Part shown: positions 52,627 through 64,000 of the stretch, in pieces
Position numbering within the stretch: position 1 is the first letter of the stretch
Layout of the letters: each line of letters starts with the position of its first letter
Assembly: GCF_964204645.1 (NCBI RefSeq)
Contig: NC_134028.1
Location: forward strand, 7,688,001-7,752,000
DNA length: 64,000 nt
Reading direction: 5' to 3'
Source of the DNA: Tubulanus polymorphus
Taxonomy: Eukaryota > Animalia > Nemertea
Notes under the pieces: generated by a model
What the model was told of the DNA's origin: nothing
The model's input: only the letters and a program-made list of their open reading frames with translations
Databases searched by the model: none
Translations under genes and position numbers: made by a program

Positions 52627-53221
52627 GTATATTCAGTGTACAACAAAACTGAGCATCCGAAATCTGTTGATGAAGTGTCTCCACACATGAAAAATATCCT
52701 CTAACTCGCTGCTTTAACTTATTGCACTATTTTGGAAGTTCTTCACTCTGTCGAAAACTGAAAATAGCAAATAAAAGGCTAACAGATGTTCCGCTTACCA
52801 ACCTGCTAAACTTTAACAAAATGGCTTCTATTTAAGACAAGCTTTTTCTGCTTACACAATAGCAAACAATTCTTATAGCATTCAATTGGGAGTTGCGTTT
52901 ACTAGTACTGCAATATCAAAGTTATTTACTTCGTTTTGTTTGCCTCATGTTTGTTAAGATAAGCTTGGTGAAGTGTCTCACATATAGGATTAGCTTCATT
53001 TTAAGTCTATACACTTGCTTCGTACATCACAAATGATTCAAGGCACGCTGCCTCAGATAGGCCCTGTCCAAGTATAGAGCAACATTTTTGTTCGTTTTAT
53101 TATTATCTAGTTTTGATTTTCAATTCTATTGATATTGAATATCATTGACTGGAGGGGATTAGTTAGGCTATATGGTTTTGCTTTAATCAAGTTAACTTGA
53201 TTGCACTGATCACTTTTTCAG

Positions 53222-53269
53222 ATCACGATGCTACTAAGACACCACCCCCAACACCTAATGAAAATAAAG
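53222..53269 (+). CDS. Ank2: Tail cassette exon (DHDATKTPPPTPNENK)
   Basis: ttttcag / gtatct, 48 nt, phase 1-1. Confidence 0.72.
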
Positions 53270-54926
53270 GTATCTGCTGGTTATATACTCTTTAACACAC
53301 AACATATATTAAAGAAGATCTTTGTGGTGAAGAAGCTTAGCCTATTGTCTGCTTTGCATCTTTAATGCAATTAATTCCCTGATGGACTAACCAGATTTGA
53401 TATTCACGAATGTGGTTTTCATTTTTCTTGAATCGATTATGTATATTGTACTTTCTATTTGCCATCTTTGTCAGTGTTCCTAAGATTTGGAAGAAAAAAT
53501 CACAAAATTCATTCTGCTGCTTGCCTGGCAATTGTTTGCTCCTTTGAAGTACAACTAAGCAGAACTCGATCTTACCGTAACTTTGCTCAGTCATATATCA
53601 CTTTTCAAAATCCTAATTTCTCAATTTGTCAAATCATGTATCATTCCCCTCTACGAGTTTATCATAGCATGTTCATACTAATTAGAAATCTACTCTGAAA
53701 TGTCCCTGCTGTTTGTTAGAAATTCTGGTTTCTTCCCCACAATGATCTATCTTTTATAACAGGTGAACATCAGTATCATACCATACATTGATTTATCGAG
53801 GTATATTCTAAATTTCCGAGAATTTAGTAGATATAACATAAATCTATTCTTAGGCCATCTTTTTTTATTATAAGTTGGATTACGGATTTGACAAACTTGA
53901 AACGATTGGGAGGTGGGAAAAAAATTAGAAAAACATTTTGAACAATTTTTTTAATTTTTTTACTTAAAACTTAGAATTCGTTAATAATTTAGTGATTGGG
54001 CATTTGAAAAAAATTTTGCTTCATTTTGGAAGGCATTTTGGATAATAATACCTGAATGTTGTCTATTTACTGCCTACACTCATAACTGACGCCGGCATAT
54101 TTGTAAGTGACACTATTACTGAACGAACCTGACAAATATATTCGTTAGAATTACCATTGTCCATTGTCAATTGTGATTTTTTGTGTGTGATGTCAAAAGA
54201 TCATGTGGCAGTGAAAAAAATGATAAATTTTTATTTTTATTTTCATATCTATGCTTAAAAATAAGGGGGGCGGCAGGCAAAAAAGAATTTTTTTTAATAC
54301 CTAGAATCGGAAAATTTCTACGGCTGATCTGTAATCCAACTAATAATAGAAAAACTGCCTTCCAAAACAACGAAGACAAATTTCTAAGTTTTTTAATTTG
54401 AATGAAGCTAACAATTATAATCCCTCTCAAAATATAAGTTTCTGTTGAAGTTCTGTTTAGTTATGTTCTAAAAGATCCTAAAATTTGCCATTAAGTTTGT
54501 TTGAATCATTCCGATTTGCACCAGGTCGACTCATATCTTCTCAACTCACTGTTTAAATACATTGTGTTATATTGGTACACTATTTCAATGAAAAGAATCG
54601 CATGAGATACCTGGCCTTTGTGAATGATGTGCTTGTTCATGTTCGGGTGTTTGGATACAAGTTGTTGATTCAAATCTATTTGACAATGATCAACCAGCAG
54701 GTGCACTTTGAACTCATACCCTTCTTAAAAACCCATCCTTTTATGGTATCCTTTTTTGTTTACGTTGTGGCAAATATCCGCAGATTCTTATAGTTCAGTG
54801 TAAGGATGAAAACGTAATTACATAAAAGAAGAGTACAGAAAACTGAGGAACTGTTTTTATACATTAAGCAAAATATATATCTCAATCCTATGTAAATGTA
54901 TATATGTATATTCACGCTGCTTAAAG

Positions 54927-55016
54927 GTGATTTATATGAAGAGCGAATTACAGAGGTTGAAGAATGGGACGGTTCTAAGTGGACTAAAAGAAAAGTTGTT
55001 ACTAGAGTAAAGAAAG
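54927..55016 (+). CDS. Ank2: Tail cassette exon (GDLYEERITEVEEWDGSKWTKRKVVTRVKK)
   Basis: ttaaag / gtataa, 90 nt, phase 1-1. Confidence 0.72.
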
Positions 55017-55119
55017 GTATAAAAGAATCGTAATTCGTTGGCTTTGCCTGATGATTTGAGTGGACAATAGGTGGCGTTGTTTAGCATTTAGTGTTTCATT
55101 CGTTGTTTCATTAGTTCCG

Positions 55120-55195
55120 TCACTACAGAGGTATAGTCCTTAACTACCTCTTCACTAGAGGTAGTCTTTAACTATCTCATCACTACAGAGGTAGG
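55120..55195. repeat. Short minisatellite, about 29-bp unit, 2.5 copies
   Basis: tcacta(ca)gaggta(ta)gtcyttaactayctc repeated. Confidence 0.7.
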
Positions 55196-55928
55196 CTCAT
55201 GCTACCAACATGTCACCACTTTTCATCACCTTGCGAGTTTGATTTGCTGCTTTCGAATGGTAAAAATGGATCTGTTATGTTTGGATGGATCTCGTCTCTA
55301 TGAAGATGTTACAGTGATGACTTTGTATGGCTGATCTATGCAACATGAACCGTAAATGAGATCCATTCTTATTATGTTGTTGATAGTTCGATCTATCACA
55401 TCAAAAACACTTCTCACTCCTCCTCAGTATCCCTACCCTTTAATGTTCAACTGGCTTTGAATATTTGTTTGACACATGTCCTTACTCCTTGATGATAAAC
55501 TGGTGGTCTTTTCATGAGCCAGAAATATAAAGTATATAATATAAGGAGGTATTGAGAAAAGATTTGGTTTGAAATTTTGTTGTGAATATTATGTAGATGT
55601 TGTACCGTAAGTTTGTCTGAGTAAATAGAGAAAATGAGAGAAAATATTATGTGTCATTGTTAGAGGTTGATAAGTAACAGGCACCAGTGATTTTTGTGAA
55701 GTGCTGTATTATTTTTTCAAGCACCATTCTCATACTAAATCTGTTCTATAAATGATCAGTTCATCAGAATTTAAAGGAAAAGTAATTTTTTTTTCAAATT
55801 CATTCAATACATATCAATCTGTTTCATGTTGAGATTTTTATTGACGTAATGGGATGTTCCACATTTTTTTTGTTTTGCCAGTCTCTACATAACTCATTGC
55901 TGTAATTGTGGTTGATTTATCATTTCAG

Positions 55929-56060
55929 ATGTCCAAAAAGAGTCAGGAACTAATTACGATGAAGTCGCTGCTCGTCTCGCCCAAACTGAAGAGTGGGTTT
56001 CACAAGATGATCTACTTGCACCAGAGAATGCACCTAAAACCATGGCAGCTCCAGAACCCG
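55929..56060 (+). CDS. Ank2: Tail cassette exon (DVQKESGTNYDEVAARLAQTEEW...APEP)
   Basis: tttcag / gtaggt, 132 nt, phase 1-1. Confidence 0.8.
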
Positions 56061-57372
56061 GTAGGTATCTTTAAACCATTATTCAAGCTCCATTGAAGAG
56101 CTACGTATTTCTAATGATGATGTTTCCCATCATTGGTTCCTTCTGAAATGTCTTGGTTTCATTGATTGTTTTTGCTAAAATGTTTTGCTGACTTGTAATA
56201 TTTTTGAGTGTTGGAGGTTAAAAACTATCAAGCAATTTTCAATAATTTGCTTATGTCGCTGAACTGTGACATGACTTATAGACTTAAGAATATTCCTTTG
56301 AAACAGATCTTGCTAACTGTCGTGCTAATGCTTTTAACAGATTTTGCTAGGCAGTCGATCTTGGTTTCTTAGTGTTTTTAGTACATGTTTGATCGTTCAT
56401 GTTTGCTCATTGTAATGCATTTACATTTTAAAACTTAAATATCAAAATATTCCTTGATCATTATATTATATACAAATCTTATTTGAATCTAATTCTTCTG
56501 TTTTTAATTTTTTTACATCTTCTTGCTTTGTTGTTTGTGGTGTTGTCCTCATCAGTTTGTCTCGTTTGAGTTGTCCTTTGTCCTAGATTACTTTGCACTT
56601 GTCCTTAATTACATGCACAATTTATAAACTTCACCTTAGATTGGAAAAATCAAGATATCGTGGATAAGGGTCATAGATATTGGCTCATATGTATCCAGAG
56701 ATATATTTGTCAATGCACCTACATGTAATGAGAAAAAAGAATATTTTCCTCAAATGCACTGCTTGTCCTCGTTAGCTAGTTAGTAAACCCACCCACCCTA
56801 TGTTGTGTAGTAGTTAGTTAGTTGTGAAGCACGATTACAGTGTAACAGCTAGTGTTAGAGCAGCTTATAACAGCGCGTGACAACTATAATCCACTACTAC
56901 TACATCTACTACTGCTGCTTTCGATTGACAAGTTTATGAAGAATAGTTTGGTCTTGCATCTACGCCCTCCTACTAAACATCTTAAAGGTAAATAACATAT
57001 GTAACAATCATAATACCCCGGTCAAACTTACAGTATCTTCCCCATTTCGTATATTGCTGAAGCAGAGAAAAGTACCGGTAGTTATGATTTAGCAAGTCTG
57101 AGTATTCGACTGCTGTCTGGCTAACTATGTATAGCTGGTCAATTTCTGAGAATGATTCGTGTAATGCCATTTTGCTGCTTCACTGCTATGCTTACTGTAT
57201 CGGATCATTTGTGTCAACTTCAGCGTCAGATTCCATATCACATTTATTTCTTAATTGCTATCATTTTGTTAGACCAGTCCCGCTGATCATTCTCCAGGGA
57301 AGTGAACTTGACATAAGTGTCTTGTTATTTTTTATCAAATGTGCTTAGTTTTTTGTCACTGTCTACTTTCAG

Positions 57373-58197
57373 TTGCCTCAGAAGCTGTTGAGCCAGCAGA
57401 AGCTGCACAATTTTTTGAGGAACCAGATGAACCTGAGGTCCTTACTGAAGTGGAAGAAGTCGATGAAACTCTTCCCGATGGAACTAGAATCAAGAAGCGC
57501 ATCACACGTAAAATCACGACAACACGCGCAGGCACTGACGTTCAAACTTTCGAAGAAATTATTTCCAGTGAGCCTCCAGAGGATGAGCCGGAAATCACAA
57601 CAGAGGTTGAAGAAGTCGATGATGTTCTTCCTGATGGCACCAGAATCAAGAAGCGTATCACTCGAACAATAACCAAGAGTCGCTCTGGAACAGATGTTCA
57701 AACTTTCGAGGAGATAATTTCAAGACAACCTCCTGAAGTTACACAGGATGACTCCGTTGATGCCCAGTATGTTCCAGATGTTTCTTCAGAGTCAATAGAA
57801 GTTCCTGCAGATGAAACAGTTAAAGTACAAACAGAAGTCATTAAAGGAGAACCGACTTCGGAGACTGATGTACAAGAGTTTGAGGAAACTCTGCCCGATG
57901 GAACAATTGTTAAACGCCGTGTAATGAAAACTAGGACAACACAGGACATCACTACACGAATCACTGCAGAGGGATACGGTTTAGAAGATGATGCTGTTGA
58001 TCAATACGTAGAAGAATATCAAGATGGAGATGTTATTGAAGGAGAACCCGAAACTGATACACAAGTTGAAGAATTTGAGGAAACTTTGCCCGATGGCACA
58101 CTTGTCAAACGTAAAGTAATCAAAACACGTACTACACAGAGTGTCACTACGAAATCTGTAAGTGATGAATTCTTGGATCAGACATCGTCCGATCAAG
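57373..58197 (+). CDS. Ank2: 825-nt tail exon with four EE..E/D.LPDGT..K++ motifs
   Basis: tttcag / gtaagt, phase 1-1; lies within ORF 57339-58232. Confidence 0.9.
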
Positions 58198-58539
58198 GTA
58201 AGTTTGATTCTTTACTGGTACTGAAACCATAGAGCATAGAGCTATCCATACAATCAGTCCCGACTGATGAATGTATGAAAGAATATTGATATCAAAGCTA
58301 GATTAGTGATAATGCTGTTATATCATGAGCTGACTAACAGACCTAAACCAAGTTTAACCCAATCATAATGCACAAAATTCGATGCACACTATAAGATTTG
58401 GTATCATTTTTGTTGTGGATCTGTGTGGATTTGTCAAACCAGCTCTTGATCAAATGTTTCATACTAGCTAATGAGGAGTTCTGGCATTGATATTGTAACT
58501 AAGTGTATTGCAAATTTTCTCAAATAACAAAACTTTCAG

Positions 58540-61500
58540 GTGCTCAAGATGAAAGTGAAATTATAAGTGCAGCTTTTAGTGATTTAGTTAATGGTAAAAC
58601 TGATATAAATGGTTCTGTAGATAGTAGAATATCTGCTTCATCTTCAGTGTCTAGTGAATGTCAGGCATTAATGGGAGAGACTGAAATGAGTGAACAAAGC
58701 ACCTTAACCCCAGAATATTTGGATGAGGAGGCAAATGATACATATCTTTACACAAAAACTATTTCACAACATGAACCAATAGATACAGCAACTTTTGAAT
58801 GTGATACAGATAAATTGCACATACAAGTTGATACAAAACTAGATCAAACAAATGTTTCTCCAACTCCTAGCACTGATATCCTCTCCCCTATTTCATTAAG
58901 CTCCACCAAAGACAATGACAAAGAACTAAGATTAGAAGAGATAGAAAAAGAAACGGACACAGGTCAGGACCAAAAACCCATAATGTCCCCTGACAAAGAA
59001 ATTGAGGTTGCTCTTCTCAAAAGTGAAGAACTTCCTGAATTATCCCCTGGACAAACTGAATGCAAACACATAGAAGAGTTCATAGAAGAGAAGGATAAAA
59101 TGGTAAAGATAAATGAACCTGATAAAATGGTTGAGATAAATAAACCTGAAATTTCACAGAAAGTGGAAATGATTTCTACTACAGATGATTCTCGAAAAGA
59201 TAAAACTCCAAAACCAGTGACAGTATTTATTCAAAAACCTGATATTGGTACATTCTATACGGATAGGCAATCAGAAATTTTAGGGTATGAAAAGCCACTT
59301 GATACCGAGCAAAACAGTATTCCTGAGGAAATAGGTTATGAGGCCAAATCTGAGAAGATACCAACCAATTCATCTATGGGTGAAACTGAAGCTGCAACTG
59401 AAGTAAATCCAATAGAAGAGATATCTACACCTGAGCAAAAAGAGGAGGAGGTATCACCTCACGATGATGCCCTTGGGCCAAAAGATATTCGATCACCTGT
59501 CTCAGATGAGGTATTAAAACCTAAGGCTGAAGAGTCTTCACCTGAACAGGTATTATCTCCACTAACTGAGTTCACCTTTAGTGAACATGAAATTTTGACT
59601 AAAGACAACCCAGTAGAAGTATCTCAACTATCCAAGATTTCCCCCAGTGAACCTGAAGCTTTGACTGAAGACAAAGAACTAGAGGTTATATCAGCGCCTG
59701 AGCTAAAATTGATCGCATCTCCTGTCTCAGATGAGGTATTAAAACCTGAGACTGAAGAACTTTCACCTGATGAGTTATTATTTCCACTATCTGAGGTCAC
59801 CCCTAGTGAACCGGCAGTTTTGACTGAAGACAAACCAACAGAGGTTATATCAGCACCTGCGCCAAAAGAGATTAAATCTCCTGTCTCAGATAAGGTATTA
59901 AAACCTGAGGCTGAAGAGCCTTCACCTGAAGAGGAATCATTGCCACTCTCTGAGGTAACCCCTGGTGAACCTGAAGTTTTGAGAGAAGACAAACCAACAG
60001 AGGTCATATCAGCACCTGAGCCAAAAGAGATTCAATCTGCTGTCTCAGAGGATGTTTCAAAACCTGAGGCTGGTGAGCTTACCCCTGGTGAGGATGCATT
60101 ACCAATTATTGCGGTTACCCCTGGTGAACCTGAAGCTTTGACTGAAAAGAAACCAATAGAGGTCGTATCAGCACCTGATCCAAAGGAGATTCAATCTCCT
60201 ATGTCAGATGAGGTATTAGAACCTGAGGCTGAAGAGCCATCACCCGAACAGGTACCATCTCCACTCTCTGAGGTTACCCCTGGTGAACCTGAAGTTTTGA
60301 CTGAAGACAAACCAACTGAGGTTATATCAGCACCTGAGCCAAAAGAGATTCAATCTGCTGTCTCAGAGGATGTTTCAAAACCTGAGGCTGGTGAGCTTAC
60401 CCCTGGTGAGGATGCATTACCAATTATTGCGGTTACCCCTGGTGAACCTGAAGCTTTGACTGAAAAGAAACCAATAGAGGTCGTATCAGCACCTGATCCA
60501 AAGGAGATTCAATCTCCTATGTCAGATGAGGTATTAGAACCTGAGGCTGAAGAGCCATCACCCGAACAGGTACCATCTCCACTCTCTGAGGTTACCCCTG
60601 GTGAACCTGAAGTTTTGACTGAAGACAAACCAACTGAGGTTATATCAGCACCTGAGCCAAAAGAGATTCAATCTGCTGTCACAGAGGATGCTTCAAAACA
60701 GGAGGCTGATGAGCTTACCCCTGGGGAGGAAGCATTACCAATTATTGAGGTTACCCCTGGTGAACCTGAAGCTTTGACTGAAAAGGAACCAACAGAGGTA
60801 ATATCAGCACCTGATCCAAAAGAGATTCAATCTCCCGTGTCGGATGAGGTATTAAAACCTGAGGCTGAAGAGCCATCACCTGAACAGGTACCATCTCTAA
60901 TATCTGAGGTTACCCCTAGTGTACCTGAAGTTTTGACTGAAGGCAAACCAATAGAGGTCATATCAGCACCTGAGCCAAAAGAGATTCAATCATCTGTGTC
61001 AGATGAGGTATCAAAACCTGAGGCTGAAGAGCCATCACCTGAAGAGGTGTTATCTCCACTATCTGAGGGGACACCTAGTATACCTGAGGTTTTGACTGAA
61101 GACAAACCAACAGAGGTCATATCAGCACCTGAGCCAAAAGAGATTCAATCACCTTTGTCAGATGAGATATTAGAATCTGAGGTTGAAGAGCCATCATTTG
61201 AACAGGTACCATCTCCAATATCTGAGGTTACCCCTGGTGAACCTGAAGCTTTGACTGAAGACAAACCAACTGAGGTCATATCAGCTCCTGAGCCAAAAGA
61301 GATACAATCTGCTGTCTCGGAGGATGTTTCAAAACCTGAGGCAGATGAGCTTACTCCTGGGGAGGAAGCATCACCAATTATTAAGGTTATCCCTGGTGAA
61401 CCTGAAGCTTTGACTGAAGAGAAACCAACAGAGGTTCTATCAGTACCTGAGCCAAAGGAGATTCAATATCCTGTGTCAGATGAGGTATTAGAACCTCAGG

Positions 61501-64000
61501 CTGAAGAGCCATCACCCGAACAGGTATTATCTCCACTCTCTGAGGTTACCCCTGGTGAACCTGAAGTTTTGACTGAAGACAAACCAACTGAGGTTATATC
61601 AGCACCTGAGCCAAAAGAGATTCAATCTGCTGTCTCAGAGGATGCTTCAAAACAGGAGGCTGATGAGCTTACCCCTGTAGAGGTACCATCTCCAATATCT
61701 GAGGTCACTCCTGGTGAACCTGAAGTTATGATTGAAGACAAATCAACAGAGGTTATATCAGCAACTGCGCCAACAGAGATTCAATCTCCTGTTTTCAATG
61801 AGGCATTAAAACCTGAGGCTGATGACCTTACTCCAGCAGAGGAAGCATCTCAAAAATCCATGATCACCCCTGCTAAACTTGAAGCTTTGACCGAAGAAAA
61901 ACCAACAGAGGTTATATCAGCACCTGAGCCAAAAGAGATTCAATCTCCTGTCGCAGATGAGGTAATAAAACCTGGGGCTGACGAGCCATCACCTGAACAG
62001 GTACCATCTCCAATATCTGACGTTACCCCTAGTGTACCTGAAGTTTTGACTGAAGGCAGACCAACAGAGTTCATATCAGCACCTGAGCCAAAAGAGATTC
62101 AATCTCCCGTGTCGGATGAGGTATTAAAACCTGAGGCTGACGAGCCATCACCTGAACAGGTACCATCTCCAATATCTGACGTTACCCCTAGTGTACCTGA
62201 AGTTTTGACTGAAGGCAGACCAACAGAGGTCATATCAGCACCTGAGCCAAAAGAGATTCAATCTCCTGTGTCATCAGATGAGGTATTAAAACCTGAGGCT
62301 GAAGAGCCATCACCTGAACAGGTACCATCTCCAATATCTGACGTTACCCCTAGTGTACCTGAAGTTTTGACAGAAGGCAGACCAACAGAGGTCATATCAG
62401 CACCTGAGCCAAAAGAGATTCAATCTCCTGTGTCATCAGATGAGGTATTAAAACCTGAGGCTGAAGAGCCATCACCTGAACAGGTACCATCTCCAATATC
62501 TGAGGTTACCCCTAGTGTACCTGAAGCTTTGACTGAAGACAAACCAACTAAGGTCATATCAGCACCTGAGCCAAAAGAGATTCCATCTCCTGTGTCAGAT
62601 GAGGTATTAAAACCTGAGGCTGAAGAGCCATCACCTGAACAGGTACCATCTCCAATATCTGACGTTACCCCTAGTGTACCTGAAGTTTTGACAGAAGGCA
62701 GACCAACAGAGGTCATATCAGCACCTGAGCCAAAAGAGATTCAATCTCCTGTGTCATCAGATGAGGTATTAAAACCTGAGGCTGAAGAGCCATCACCTGA
62801 ACAGGTACCATCTCCAATATCTGAGGTTACCCCTAGTGTACCTGAAGCTTTGACTGAAGACAAACCAACTAAGGTCATATCAGCACCTGAGCCAAAAGAG
62901 ATTCCATCTCCTGTGTCAGATGAGGTATTAAAACCTGAGGCTGAAGAGCCATCACCTGAACAGGTACCATCTCCAATATCTGAGGTTACCCCTAGTGTAC
63001 CTGAAGTTTTGACTGAAGGCAAACCAACGGAGGTCATATCAGCACCTGAGCCAAAGGAGATTCAATCTCCTGTGTCAGATGAGGTATTAAAACCTGAGGC
63101 TGAAGAGCCATCACCTGAACAGGTACCATCTCCAATATCTGAGGTTACCCCTAGTGAACCTGAAGCTTTGACTGAAGACAAATCGACTGACGTCATATCA
63201 GCCCCTGAGCCAAACGAGATTCAATCTGCTGTCTCAGAGGATGTTTCAAATCCTAAGGCTGGTGAGGTTACCCCCGGGGAGGAAGCATTACCAATTATTG
63301 AGGTTACCCCTGGTGAACCTGAAGCTTTGACTGAAAAGAAACCAACAGAGGTCATATCAGCACCTGATCCAAAGGAGATTCAATCTCCTGTGTCAGATGA
63401 GGTATTAGAACCTGAGGCTGAAGAGCCATCACCCAAACAGGTACCATCTCCACTCTCTGAGGTTATCCCTAGTGAACCTGAAGTTTTGACTGAAGACAAA
63501 CCAACTGAGGTTATATCAGCACCTGAGCCAAAAGAGATTCAATCTGTTGTCTCAGAGGATGCTTCAAAACAGGAGGCTGATGAGCTTACCCCTGTAGAGG
63601 TACCATCTCCAATATCAGAGGTCACTCCCGGTGAACCTGAAGTTATGACTGAAGACAAATCAACAGAGGTTATATCAGCACCTGCGCCAACAGAGATTCA
63701 ATCTCCTGTTTTCAATGAGGCATTAAAACCTGAGGCTGATGAGCTTACTCCAGCAGAGGAAGCATCTCCAATATCCATGGTCACCCCTGCTAAACTTGAA
63801 GCTTTGACCGAAGAAAAACCAACAGAGGTTATATCAGCACCTGAGCCAAAACAGATTCAATCTCCTGTCGCAGATGAGGTAATAAAACCTGAGGCAGAAG
63901 AGCCTTCACCTGAACAGGTACTATCTCCAATATCTGAGGTTACTCCTAGTGTACCTGAGGTTTTGACTGAAGGCAAACCAACAGAGGTCATATCAGCACC
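58540..64000 (+). CDS. Ank2: Giant exon (at least 1820 aa, E/P/S/T-rich), runs off the window
   Basis: tttcag acceptor, phase 1 matching the upstream donor; frame GAQDESEIISAAF... is still in register at 63990 (ISAP); no stop seen. Confidence 0.92.
59478..64000 (+). repeat. Coding tandem repeat, 159-bp / 53-aa unit, about 28 copies
   Basis: Unit EVTPGEPEVLTEDKPTEVISAPEPKEIQSPVSDEVLKPEAEEPSPEQVPSPIS; matching positions at 60001, 60160 and 60319. Confidence 0.97.

Larger units (their letters stand above)
2412..64000 (+). other. Ank2: Canonical (giant) ankyrin gene, Ank2/unc-44 class, partial at both ends
   Basis: Spliced exons give 23 ANK repeats, ZU5-ZU5-UPA ([44 protein letters not shown]), a death domain and a giant exon; splice phases are consistent throughout. 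Repeat 1 and the start codon lie upstream of the window. Confidence 0.96.

Noticed and set aside
55985-56015. LIR/GABARAP-binding motif at TEEWVSQ
   Set aside because: Lacks the W-x-x-L/I/V pattern
59624-63037. Minus-strand S/G/T-rich ORFs (59624-60007, 62420-62716, 62741-63037)
   Set aside because: Antisense shadows of the + strand coding repeat, broken by stops
59478-64000. CRISPR-like array or non-coding satellite
   Set aside because: No unique spacers; the unit is a multiple of 3, indels are in frame, and the context is an intron-containing eukaryotic gene

Overview
AT-rich animal genomic DNA, probably a protostome/lophotrochozoan-type invertebrate (inference). The whole window lies inside one + strand canonical ankyrin gene (Ank2/unc-44 class), truncated at both ends. 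Reading the exons by hand gives this order: ANK repeats 2-24 (2412-16462, phase-0 introns at repeat boundaries), a linker, ZU5-ZU5-UPA (36622-44343), the death domain (44936-45616) and an acidic tail of symmetric phase-1 cassette exons. The gene then enters a giant exon at 58540 that stays open to the window end (at least 5461 nt) and carries about 28 tandem 53-aa E/P/S-rich repeats; the ORF track missed it because it has no stop. The most interesting signals are the post-death-domain giant exon with higher-order repeat structure, a set of 6-30 nt candidate microexons with TGCATG/ACTAAY motifs and adjacent hairpins, multiplied obscurin-binding-like motifs, and tiny 20-24 bp palindromic insertions with 7-bp target-site duplications. 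Introns also hold several MITE and Helentron-type non-autonomous elements. All exon calls come from sequence alone, without transcript data.
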